DNA of 64,000 nucleotides from Parcubacteria group bacterium LiPW_41 (GTDB lineage Bacteria; Patescibacteriota; Minisyncoccia; UBA6257; GWB1-50-10): NCBI GenBank assembly GCA_007375535.1, contig VMEM01000002.1, positions 20,265 to 84,264 of the forward strand, read 5' to 3'. Shown piece by piece: positions 57,101 to 64,000 of this stretch (position 1 is its first letter; each line of letters starts with the position of its first letter). The notes under the pieces were generated by a model. It saw only the letters and a program-made list of their open reading frames with translations, ran no database searches and was not told where the DNA came from. The position numbers and the translations under genes were made by a program.

Positions 57101-57368
57101 TTTCGGAGAAATGGAAGTGTGGGCTCTCGAAGGGTACGGAGCCGCTCACACCTTGCAAGAAATGCTCACAATAAAATCTGATGATGTGTTAGGACGTTCG
57201 GCAGCATTCGAATCAATTATCAGAGGAACAGAAATTAGAAAACCGAATGTTCCTGCATCGTTTAATGTCTTGTTGAGTGAATTGAAATCATTAGGACTTG
57301 GAGTCCATTACGATGGAGAACGAGAGATAGAAAAGGGACGACCGGTAGAGATAGAGGACGAAGAGTAA
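54186..57368 (+). CDS. rpoB: DNA-directed RNA polymerase subunit beta, compact form (1060 aa)
   Basis: Conserved blocks throughout, including GRHGNKGV and GGQRFGEMEVWALEGYGAA. Confidence 0.95.
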   Translation: MKTKIFSSYNGPKFGAMNLIEIQRNSFKWFVEKGLRELFDEISPIKDHTGKELELSFLNYKFDAPKYTEEQTKEKDLTFEAALRVNLKLINRTTKDSIEQEVYLGDFPIMTTRGTFIINGVERVVISQLVRSPGAYFTANVFRGKKMFGAKVIPNRGAWLEFETEPDGFIGVRIDRKRKAPVTQLLRAFGYSSSEEMLKAFADVDTGDIKHIQATLKKDDAEDADKSFLGLHNRLRPGDLTTVDNARSLIEGMFFRFDRYDLSPVGRYKFNQRLSIENKEEGVLDKEDLTILLKEIIRMNNTPSAEPDDIDHLGNRRVRAVGELVQSRLRVGFARLRRGVQDRMSTLERRTLQPVQLVNYKLLTAVVRDFFSSSQLSQFMDQVNPLAELEHKRRMSAMGPGGLTRERAGFEVRDVHSSYYGRICPVQTPEGANIGLVSYMANHARLNEFGFLEAPYYKVKNGVVTSTIVWIDAIEEEKYNIAQADVGIDEKGFIIPDVFPARIKGKPGECRRDEVDFMDVSANQFTSVSASLIPFLEHDDANRALMGSNMQRQGVASIHPEIPFVGTGQEDRAAHDSEQVILAEEDGVVTDSDSSGVSIKGNSGTRRYSILKFRRSNQSTCISQRPIVFVGDKVKKGDVIADGPATKDGVLSLGQNLIVAFIPWRGWNFEDAVVLSERVAQKDRFTSIHIETFICSVRDTKIGPEITTPDIPNVSEEKLRNLDEEGIVRIGAEVRPGDILVGKISPKGESELSSEERLLRAIFGEKARDVKDTSLTLPHGKTGRIIGIKIFSREKGDKLEPGIIKKVQVEVAQLRKIRAGDKLAGRHGNKGVISTIRPVEDMPYLADGTPVDVVLNPLGVASRMNLGQILETHLGLAASKLGYRAVVPNFVGGNEKEIAEELVRAGFSETGKTTLYDGLTGQAFRDPIMVGCIYMMKLNHLVEDKIHMRSTGPYSLITQQPLGGKAQLGGQRFGEMEVWALEGYGAAHTLQEMLTIKSDDVLGRSAAFESIIRGTEIRKPNVPASFNVLLSELKSLGLGVHYDGEREIEKGRPVEIEDEE

Positions 57369-57393
57369 AAAATTAATTTAATTAAACAAAACT

Positions 57394-60300
57394 ATGGAAA
57401 GACAATTAGAAATTAATAGCATCTCAATCCGACTCGCATCTCCTGATGAGATTTTGAAATGGTCATATGGAGAGGTAGTAAAACCTGAAACGTTAAACTA
57501 TCGAACTCAAAGACCAGAAAAAGATGGTTTGTTTTCAGAGCGTATTTTCGGTCCAACAAAAGATTACGAGTGTTATTGTGGAAAATATAAAAAAGTTAGA
57601 TATAAGGGAGTAACGTGTGAAAAATGTGGAGTTGAAGTAACTCGTGCAATTGTTCGACGTGAACGTATGGGTCACATTTCTCTTGCAGCACCTGTTGCGC
57701 ATATTTGGTTTATGCGTACCGTTCCTTCAAAGCTTAGTTTGTTACTTGATATTCCAGTATCAAAACTTGAGAAGGTAGTATATTATGCAGCATTTGTGGT
57801 GACTCATGTAAACGAGGAAGCACGAAAGCGAGCACTTGAGAGTATTCAACGTGAATTGAAAGGACTTAAAGGTTCTCCAAATATGGAGGAGATTGCTGAT
57901 AAGGCAGAAAACGTAAAACAAGTTGTGACCACACTTCGCCCAGGGCTCATTCTTACTGAGTCTGAGTACTTCACACTTTCAGAGCGTTTTGCTGATGTGT
58001 TTGAAGCAGATCGTGGAGCAGGAGCACTAAGAAAAATTCTTGAGCAGGTTGATTTGAAATTACTTGTAAAGAATTTGAGAAAAGAACTTGCAGAAGTTCG
58101 TGATGAAAGCAGATTGAAGCGTGTTCTTCGAAGATTAAAACTTACTCAATCATTGGTTGACTCAGGGATTCGTCCTGAGTGGATGATAATCACTGTATTA
58201 CCAATTCTCCCACCAGATCTTCGTCCTATGGTTGCACTCGAAGGTGGGCGATATGCAACTGCAGATTTAAATGACCTCTATCGTAGAGTTATTAACCGAA
58301 ACAATCGTTTAAAGAAACTCATTGAGCTTCGCTCTCCTGAAGTTATTTTGACAAACGAGAAGCGTATGCTTCAAGAGGCAGTTGATGCATTGATTGATAA
58401 CACTACCAGAGCAGGAAGTCAGATTCTTTCAACCCGTCGTCGACCACTTCGTTCTCTTGCAGATATGTTAAAGGGAAAGCAAGGACGATTCCGACAAAAT
58501 CTTTTGGGAAAGCGTGTAGATTATTCAGCACGTTCTGTAATTGTGGTTGGTCCAGATCTTCGTCTTAACGAATGTGGACTTCCAAAAAATATGGCGCTTG
58601 AGTTGTTCAGACATTTTGTAATTAACAAAATTATTGAACGAGAATTTGCATTTAACATTAAACAAGCAAATCGATTTATAGAACAAGGATCGCCAGAAGT
58701 ATGGGCAATTCTTGAAGAAGTAATCAAAAATAAGAAAGTTCTCTTAAACCGCGCACCAACACTTCACCGTCTTGGTATTCAGGCATTCAAGCCATTACTT
58801 ATTGAAGATCTTGCAATCCGTATTCCACCACTTGTTTGTTCTGCGTTCAATGCAGACTTCGATGGAGACCAGATGGCTGTTCATCTTCCACTTACCCTTG
58901 AAGCACAATATGAAGCGGGTGCACTGATGGATGCGGGACGAAACTTATTGAAGCCATCAAGTGGAGATCCAATCGTTGCTCCTTCTCTTGATATGGTGCT
59001 TGGAGTGTTCTTCTTGACTCACATTGAAGAGGGTGCAAAAGGAGAAGGAAAGGTATTTTCAAGTATCACTGAACTTAGTCTTGCGCACGAACATGGGTTT
59101 GTGGATATCAATGCAAAGATAAAAGTTAAAGTGAAGGGAGAAATGAGAGAAACCTCACTTGGTAGGACAATCTTTAATGGAATTCTTCCTGAAGATTTTG
59201 AATATGTAAATGAGGAATTGAATAAGAAGAAAATTTCAAAGATTGTTGCAAAAATTATTGAAATTTATGGAATTGATAATACTTCACAGTATCTTGATGG
59301 AATAAAACATCTTGGATATCAGTATGCAACTGCTTCAGGTGCAACATGGAGTATCGGAGATGTAAGAATTCCAAAAGAAAAGGCATTAATAATAAAGACA
59401 GCAGAAGGAAAAATTATAGAAATTGAGGGACAATATTCTGAAGGATTTTTGACCGATAAGGAACGCAAACAACGTGTTGTTGATATTTGGTCTGAGGTCC
59501 GTGACAGCGTTACAAAACATATTCCAAATGCGTTGATGGAAACAAAAGGAAATCCAGTATATTCAATCATCGCGTCAGGTGCTCGTGGAAGTTGGGCGCA
59601 GGCGACACAGATGATGGGAATGAAAGGATTGACCATCAATCCAAAAGGAGAGACGATCGAATTCCCAATCAAATCTTGTTATAAGGAAGGATTTGGAATT
59701 CTTGAGTATTTCATGTCCACGCACGCATCTCGAAAAGGATCTACTGATACCGCACTTAAAACTGCAACTGCAGGATATCTCACTCGTCGTTTAGTTGATG
59801 TTGCGCAAGATCTTGTCATTCAAGAAGAGGACTGTGGAACTGATGAGGGCGTTACCATTTTGAGAAAAGATGGAGATGCATACGGATATGAATTTGGAGA
59901 GCGTTTGTATTCTCGTGTTGCGTTGGAGGATATTAAAGTTGAAAGAAAAACGATTGTGAAAGCGGGAGAAGTTATTAATCGCGATACTGCAAAAGTAATT
60001 CATAACTCAAAACTTGAATCAGTAACAGTTCGTTCACCAATTACTTGTAAAACTCCACATGGAATTTGTTCTTTGTGTTATGGATACGATTTAGCAAAGA
60101 ATAAGATTGTTGAGGAAGGTGTTGCGGTAGGAATCATTGCAGCACAATCAATTGGAGAGCCAGGAACACAGCTCACGATGAGAACCTTCCATATTGGAGG
60201 TATTGCGGGAGTTGATATCACTCATGGTCTTCCACGTGTTGAAGAAATTTTTGAGGCTCGTCCACCAAAAGGAAAAGCACCACTTGCAAAAAATGATGGT

Positions 60301-61110
60301 GTTATCACAGAAATTGAGGAGCGTGGACTTGCAAAAATTATTAAAGTTGCAAAAGCGGGACCAAAAAATAAAAAATCAGTTAAGGCAAATGTTGATGAGT
60401 ATATGATTTCAGCAACCGCGATGCTCAAAGTAAAGGAAGGTGATTCAATAAAGAAGGGAGATTCGCTTACTGAGGGACCACTTGATATTCGTGAATTGTT
60501 GATACTTCGTGGACTTGAAGATGCAGAACGTTATATTGTAAATGAAGTTCAGAAAATTTATGTAACTCAAGGTGCAGCAATTAATGATAAACACATTGAA
60601 ATAATTGCTCGTCAGATGCTTTCAAAAATTTATGTAAAGGAAGCAGGGGATACTGACTTTATGCCAGGTGATCTCGTTGAGAAATCTGACTTTATAACAT
60701 CTAACCGCGCAACGAAAAAAGCGAAAGGAACGATTGCAAAAGGTTTGTTGAAGGTACTCGGTATTACTCGTGTAGCACTCAGTTCTTCAAGTTTCCTTTC
60801 CGCTGCGTCATTCCAAGAAACAAGCAGGGTGTTGGTGAGTGCTTCAGTTGAAGGAAAAGTTGATCCACTTCGCGGACTTAAGGAAAACGTTATTATTGGT
60901 AAATTAATTCCAGCAGGAACAGGAAAGTACGGAATTTCATCTGAAATTATTGATAGGATGAGAGAAGAAGATAACCGTGGAAAGATTTTGATATCAAAAG
61001 AGGAGTTACCAAAAGAAGAGCTTATTGTCGAAGATGCTCAAGGGGTTCTTAGTGAACCACAAGAGGAGGGAGAAAAAGTAAACGAAGAAAGTGAGGAAGT
61101 GTTTGACTAA
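57394..61110 (+). CDS. rpoC: DNA-directed RNA polymerase subunit beta'
   Basis: Zn finger CxxC...CxKC, NADFDGDQMAVH catalytic loop, and trigger-loop/bridge-helix blocks. Confidence 0.95.
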   Translation: MERQLEINSISIRLASPDEILKWSYGEVVKPETLNYRTQRPEKDGLFSERIFGPTKDYECYCGKYKKVRYKGVTCEKCGVEVTRAIVRRERMGHISLAAPVAHIWFMRTVPSKLSLLLDIPVSKLEKVVYYAAFVVTHVNEEARKRALESIQRELKGLKGSPNMEEIADKAENVKQVVTTLRPGLILTESEYFTLSERFADVFEADRGAGALRKILEQVDLKLLVKNLRKELAEVRDESRLKRVLRRLKLTQSLVDSGIRPEWMIITVLPILPPDLRPMVALEGGRYATADLNDLYRRVINRNNRLKKLIELRSPEVILTNEKRMLQEAVDALIDNTTRAGSQILSTRRRPLRSLADMLKGKQGRFRQNLLGKRVDYSARSVIVVGPDLRLNECGLPKNMALELFRHFVINKIIEREFAFNIKQANRFIEQGSPEVWAILEEVIKNKKVLLNRAPTLHRLGIQAFKPLLIEDLAIRIPPLVCSAFNADFDGDQMAVHLPLTLEAQYEAGALMDAGRNLLKPSSGDPIVAPSLDMVLGVFFLTHIEEGAKGEGKVFSSITELSLAHEHGFVDINAKIKVKVKGEMRETSLGRTIFNGILPEDFEYVNEELNKKKISKIVAKIIEIYGIDNTSQYLDGIKHLGYQYATASGATWSIGDVRIPKEKALIIKTAEGKIIEIEGQYSEGFLTDKERKQRVVDIWSEVRDSVTKHIPNALMETKGNPVYSIIASGARGSWAQATQMMGMKGLTINPKGETIEFPIKSCYKEGFGILEYFMSTHASRKGSTDTALKTATAGYLTRRLVDVAQDLVIQEEDCGTDEGVTILRKDGDAYGYEFGERLYSRVALEDIKVERKTIVKAGEVINRDTAKVIHNSKLESVTVRSPITCKTPHGICSLCYGYDLAKNKIVEEGVAVGIIAAQSIGEPGTQLTMRTFHIGGIAGVDITHGLPRVEEIFEARPPKGKAPLAKNDGVITEIEERGLAKIIKVAKAGPKNKKSVKANVDEYMISATAMLKVKEGDSIKKGDSLTEGPLDIRELLILRGLEDAERYIVNEVQKIYVTQGAAINDKHIEIIARQMLSKIYVKEAGDTDFMPGDLVEKSDFITSNRATKKAKGTIAKGLLKVLGITRVALSSSSFLSAASFQETSRVLVSASVEGKVDPLRGLKENVIIGKLIPAGTGKYGISSEIIDRMREEDNRGKILISKEELPKEELIVEDAQGVLSEPQEEGEKVNEESEEVFD

Positions 61111-61152
61111 AGACAATTCTTTCGCTACTATAAGATTCGTATTTGTATTGTT

Positions 61153-61551
61153 ATGGATGAGAAAATAATTACACAATTTGAGGTAAATGTACTAACCAAG
61201 GAAGAGTCAACCGAAGCAATTCTCCGTGTGTTTAAAGCACACAAAGCAGAAGTGCTTTCAGAGAAACCGGTTCAAAAGATTCGTCTTTCTTATGATATAA
61301 AAAAGCAGCAATATGCATTTTTTGTGACATTTGAAATTTCTGTTTCAAGAGATGAGGAGCGCGCTATAAGAAAAGATCTTTCTGAGGCTGAGCAAGTAAT
61401 TCGTCTTCTTATCACGGAAAAGAAAGAAAAGAAAACTACTGATAAAGGTACTGGTGAGGCAACAAAAAAGCCATCACGATTGAAAAGTGCACTTCAGGCA
61501 ATGCTTCCAAACGAAGCGCTTGAGAAGAAGATAGAGGAAATATTACAATAA
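61153..61551 (+). CDS. rpsF: 30S ribosomal protein S6 with a K/E-rich tail
   Basis: It sits in the rpsF-ssb-rpsR gene order and the fold pattern is consistent with S6. Confidence 0.7.
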   Translation: MDEKIITQFEVNVLTKEESTEAILRVFKAHKAEVLSEKPVQKIRLSYDIKKQQYAFFVTFEISVSRDEERAIRKDLSEAEQVIRLLITEKKEKKTTDKGTGEATKKPSRLKSALQAMLPNEALEKKIEEILQ

Positions 61552-61558
61552 ATAAAAT

Positions 61559-62035
61559 ATGAACCTCAATAAAGTATTTATCATTGGCCGGCTTACTAAC
61601 GATCCTCAACTTCGTAGCACTCCAGGGGGACAGTCAGTTGCGTCGTTTTCACTTGCGACAAATAGAAATTGGGTTGCAAAGAATGGACAAAAGCAGGAAG
61701 AGGTTCAATTTCACAATATTGTAGTGTGGGGACGTCAGGCAGAGGTTGCAAGCCAGTTCTTAAAAAAAGGAACAATGGCATTTGTTGAGGGAAGGTTACA
61801 AACACGAAGCTGGCAGGACAAAACAGGACAGACGCGGTATACAACAGAGATTGTGTGCGAGCGAATGCAAATGGGTCCTCGTGCAGCTGGAGTGAGTGGA
61901 GCAAGTTATAGTGGTGGGTCATCAAAAGAATATTCACAAGAATCACCAAGAGATAATTTCATTGATGAAATGAAAGAAGAGCTTCCAGAAATAAATTTAG
62001 AAGACGATATTAGGTCGGACGAAATACCATTTTAG
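61559..62035 (+). CDS. ssb: single-stranded DNA-binding protein
   Basis: OB fold beginning MNLNKVFIIGRLTNDPQLR and an acidic C-terminus DDIRSDEIPF. Confidence 0.85.
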   Translation: MNLNKVFIIGRLTNDPQLRSTPGGQSVASFSLATNRNWVAKNGQKQEEVQFHNIVVWGRQAEVASQFLKKGTMAFVEGRLQTRSWQDKTGQTRYTTEIVCERMQMGPRAAGVSGASYSGGSSKEYSQESPRDNFIDEMKEELPEINLEDDIRSDEIPF

Positions 62036-62043
62036 AAACATAT

Positions 62044-62247
62044 ATGATGAAACAATGTTCATTCTGTTCACAAAACGCAAAAGAAATCGATTTTAAAAAT
62101 GTCGAGTTGCTTAAGCGCTACACTTCAAGCCAAGCGAAGATTATTGATCCTCGTCACACTGGAGTATGTGCAAAGCACCAGCGACGTCTTGCAAACGCAA
62201 TCAAACGCGCACGCATCATGGGTCTTTTGCCATTTGTTAAACAATAA
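62044..62247 (+). CDS. rpsR: 30S ribosomal protein S18
   Basis: CSFCSQ...IDFKNVELLKRYTSSQAKI...ARIMGLLPF. Confidence 0.85.
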   Translation: MMKQCSFCSQNAKEIDFKNVELLKRYTSSQAKIIDPRHTGVCAKHQRRLANAIKRARIMGLLPFVKQ

Positions 62248-62789
62248 TGTTTGATCTCGAGTTATTCCAATTTATTAATGGATTTGCAAACCGGTCAGTA
62301 ATTGCTGACTGGTTTGTTGTTGTAATTGCGGAATACCTTCCGTATGTTGTTGGTATTATTGCAGCTATATTATGGATAAAAATTCCAAACTGGAAAGAAC
62401 GAATGCGCATCTTTTTAATTCTTACATTTTCTGGACTTCTTGCTCGCGGGTTTATTTTTGAAGTAATTAGATATTTTTATAACAGGCCACGTCCATTTCT
62501 TGCGCTTGAAATCACTCCGCTTTTTGTTGAAAATTCCTATGCATTTCCTTCCAGTCACGCAATCATACTCACATTAATTGGTGGTGTAGTATTTCTTTTT
62601 TCAAAACGTTGGGGAATTATATTTCTTGTTTTTGCAGTATTAAATGCAATTGCGCGAATTTATTCAGGGGTTCATTGGCCAACCGATTCGATTGGTGGAA
62701 TTGTAATTGCGGCGATATCTATATTGATAGCAGTAAAGATGTTTCCACAAAATAATAGCATTCAAACTGAATTGAGGGAGGATGTATAA
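62247..62789 (+). CDS. PAP2-family phosphatase (undecaprenyl-diphosphatase-like)
   Basis: KxxxxxxRP-like NRPRP, then PSSHA and SGVHWPTD. Confidence 0.7.
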   Translation: MFDLELFQFINGFANRSVIADWFVVVIAEYLPYVVGIIAAILWIKIPNWKERMRIFLILTFSGLLARGFIFEVIRYFYNRPRPFLALEITPLFVENSYAFPSSHAIILTLIGGVVFLFSKRWGIIFLVFAVLNAIARIYSGVHWPTDSIGGIVIAAISILIAVKMFPQNNSIQTELREDV

Positions 62790-63210
62790 TATGATTATGG
62801 AGACAAAGAAAGTTCTAGGTATAGTGGGGGTGGTAGTTGGTGGAATTATCGTCATTCTTTTAATGATCCGTTTTATCTATGGGGGTCCAGAAGATACGTG
62901 GGTGTGTGATGGTAGAGATTGGGTAAAGCACGGAAGTCCTCGAGATCCAAAACCTGATAGAGAGTGTGGAGAAAAGAAAGAGAATGAGAGTGCTTCTACG
63001 ACCACATCAATTGCAAATCCTGCTTCAGTATTTTGTCTCGAACAGGATGGTTCGTTAGCTTTTAAGGTGGATGAAAATGGAAACCAATATGCGGTGTGTA
63101 TATTTGATGATGGGAGAGAGTGTGAAGAGTGGGAATTTTACAAGACAAAAAAATGTGGAGGTGCGTCTATCCCACAAGGGGGAGAGATGGAGAAAATGCC
63201 AACGTTTTAA
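62782..63210 (+). CDS. DUF333-like secreted/anchored Cys-rich protein (putative hemolysin family)
   Basis: IANPASVFCLEQDGSL...YAVCIFDDGRECEEWEFYKTKKCGG matches the DUF333 pattern as I recall it. Confidence 0.55.
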   Translation: MYNMIMETKKVLGIVGVVVGGIIVILLMIRFIYGGPEDTWVCDGRDWVKHGSPRDPKPDRECGEKKENESASTTTSIANPASVFCLEQDGSLAFKVDENGNQYAVCIFDDGRECEEWEFYKTKKCGGASIPQGGEMEKMPTF

Positions 63211-63218
63211 AAAATAAA

Positions 63219-63248
63219 AAAGCTCCTCGCCACAGCGAGGGGATTTTT
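63219..63248 (+). terminator. rho-independent terminator
   Basis: ctcctcgc-caca-gcgagggga followed by TTTTTG. Confidence 0.65.
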
Positions 63249-63286
63249 GTTATTATTATGGTGATATTTAATAACTAGGAGGTTTT

Positions 63287-63976
63287 ATGGAACGGCCAAA
63301 GCTTTTGGTTTTTGTGAGGCATCCAGAATCATTAAGAAATCAACAGATGGAGGGAGGAAAAATTTTTATTTCTGACTTTGAGAGAAAAAAAAGTGGGTTG
63401 ATTCCTGATTATAAGATTCCTCTTACTCCAAATGGTATTGAGCAAGCAAAAAAGCTTGGTGTGGTACTAAAGAGAGAATTTGGTATTTTTGATATTTTGA
63501 TTCACTCAGGATATCTTCGATCAAAAGATGCTACACATTATATTTTTGTTTCTTATACTCCAGAGGAAAGGAAAAAGATAATTGTCATCCAAAATATTTT
63601 GGTTCGTGAGCGTGATACTGGATACACATTTTTTATGACTAAAGAAGAGGTTGAGAAATTTTTTCCTTTTCTTCAAACTCATTGGAATGCACAGGGCCCG
63701 CTTTTCGGTATTCCACCAGGAGGGGAAAGTCTAATGATGGTTACTACTCGTGCTTCCATTTTTCTTGAATCGTTATATCGCGATTATCCAGATAAAAAAA
63801 TTTGTGTTGTTTCTCACGGGAATTTTATCAAGTCTATTCATGGCATTATTCAAGAGCTTCCTTTTGATGAATTTTTACAAGAAGCAAACAAACCCTTTCC
63901 AAATTGTTGTGTTACCGCATATGAGTTCTCGGGGACTCGTATTCCAAAATGCGTCATACATAACCATGTATTTTAA
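63287..63976 (+). CDS. histidine phosphatase (phosphoglycerate-mutase-like) family protein
   Basis: RHG-type motif LVFVRHPES and a distal SHG (VVSHGNFI). An AGGAGG RBS is present. Confidence 0.7.
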   Translation: MERPKLLVFVRHPESLRNQQMEGGKIFISDFERKKSGLIPDYKIPLTPNGIEQAKKLGVVLKREFGIFDILIHSGYLRSKDATHYIFVSYTPEERKKIIVIQNILVRERDTGYTFFMTKEEVEKFFPFLQTHWNAQGPLFGIPPGGESLMMVTTRASIFLESLYRDYPDKKICVVSHGNFIKSIHGIIQELPFDEFLQEANKPFPNCCVTAYEFSGTRIPKCVIHNHVF

Positions 63977-64000
63977 AACCCCTCATTTGAGGGGTTTTTT
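63975..64000 (+). terminator. rho-independent terminator
   Basis: aacccctca-ttt-gaggggtttttt. Confidence 0.7.

Overview
This 64 kb window is AT-rich, gene-dense and almost entirely co-directional. Several features together suggest a reduced genome of the Patescibacteria/CPR type: a compact RpoB (1060 aa) and Rel (565 aa), a 16S rRNA that diverges at the universal primer sites, tandem class-III-signal pilins and many genes lacking a Shine-Dalgarno sequence. This placement is an inference from the sequence, not a database result.

Most of the content is informational and housekeeping genes:
- Transcription, translation and DNA metabolism: rpoB-rpoC, rpsF-ssb-rpsR, rplS, rpmE, hpf, tig, cysS, dnaB, recR, dinB, xseAB, nth, a mutY-like glycosylase, rsmI, relA/spoT, parA and parB.
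- Central metabolism and envelope: gap, tpiA, rpiB, rpe, gpsA, rodA, mltG, a macA/macB-like ABC efflux set and two MFS transporters.
- RNA genes: one unlinked 16S rRNA gene and three tRNAs (Lys-TTT, an atypical CGA-anticodon tRNA, and Leu-CAA).

The main accessory content is a type IV pilus locus at 39.4-50.5 kb. It holds a CheY-like receiver, two near-identical tandem pilins, PilB, PilC, two minor pilins with C-terminal LamG-like domains, a membrane-anchored FtsK/TrwB/HerA-like ATPase and a GT2-like gene. Three copies of a ~105 bp AT-rich repeat sit at consecutive start codons in this locus.

Other observations that deserve a second look:
- The 16S 3' end reads GGAUUAAUUACAC instead of GGAUCACCUCCUUA, so it lacks a canonical anti-SD. 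Most genes lack an SD, and many have a TATAAT box about 6 nt before the ATG, which suggests leaderless mRNAs.
- A sigma70-like promoter drives a ~310 nt GC-rich structured leader upstream of an RRM RNA-binding protein gene.
- Two homologous, leaderless-type small amphipathic peptide genes (34 and 48 aa) sit in tandem on the minus strand.
- A nested perfect inverted-repeat element lies in the tig-LTD gene spacer.
- tRNA-Leu is accompanied by a partial direct and inverted duplication of its 3' end plus a GC hairpin, which may be an integration or rearrangement scar.
- One tRNA has a class-I architecture with anticodon CGA and discriminator U73.
- There is an orphan Cas4-like nuclease, a 29-aa poly-lysine peptide gene with its own terminator, and an L31 with a K-rich tail.

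I found no transposase, integrase or CRISPR array.
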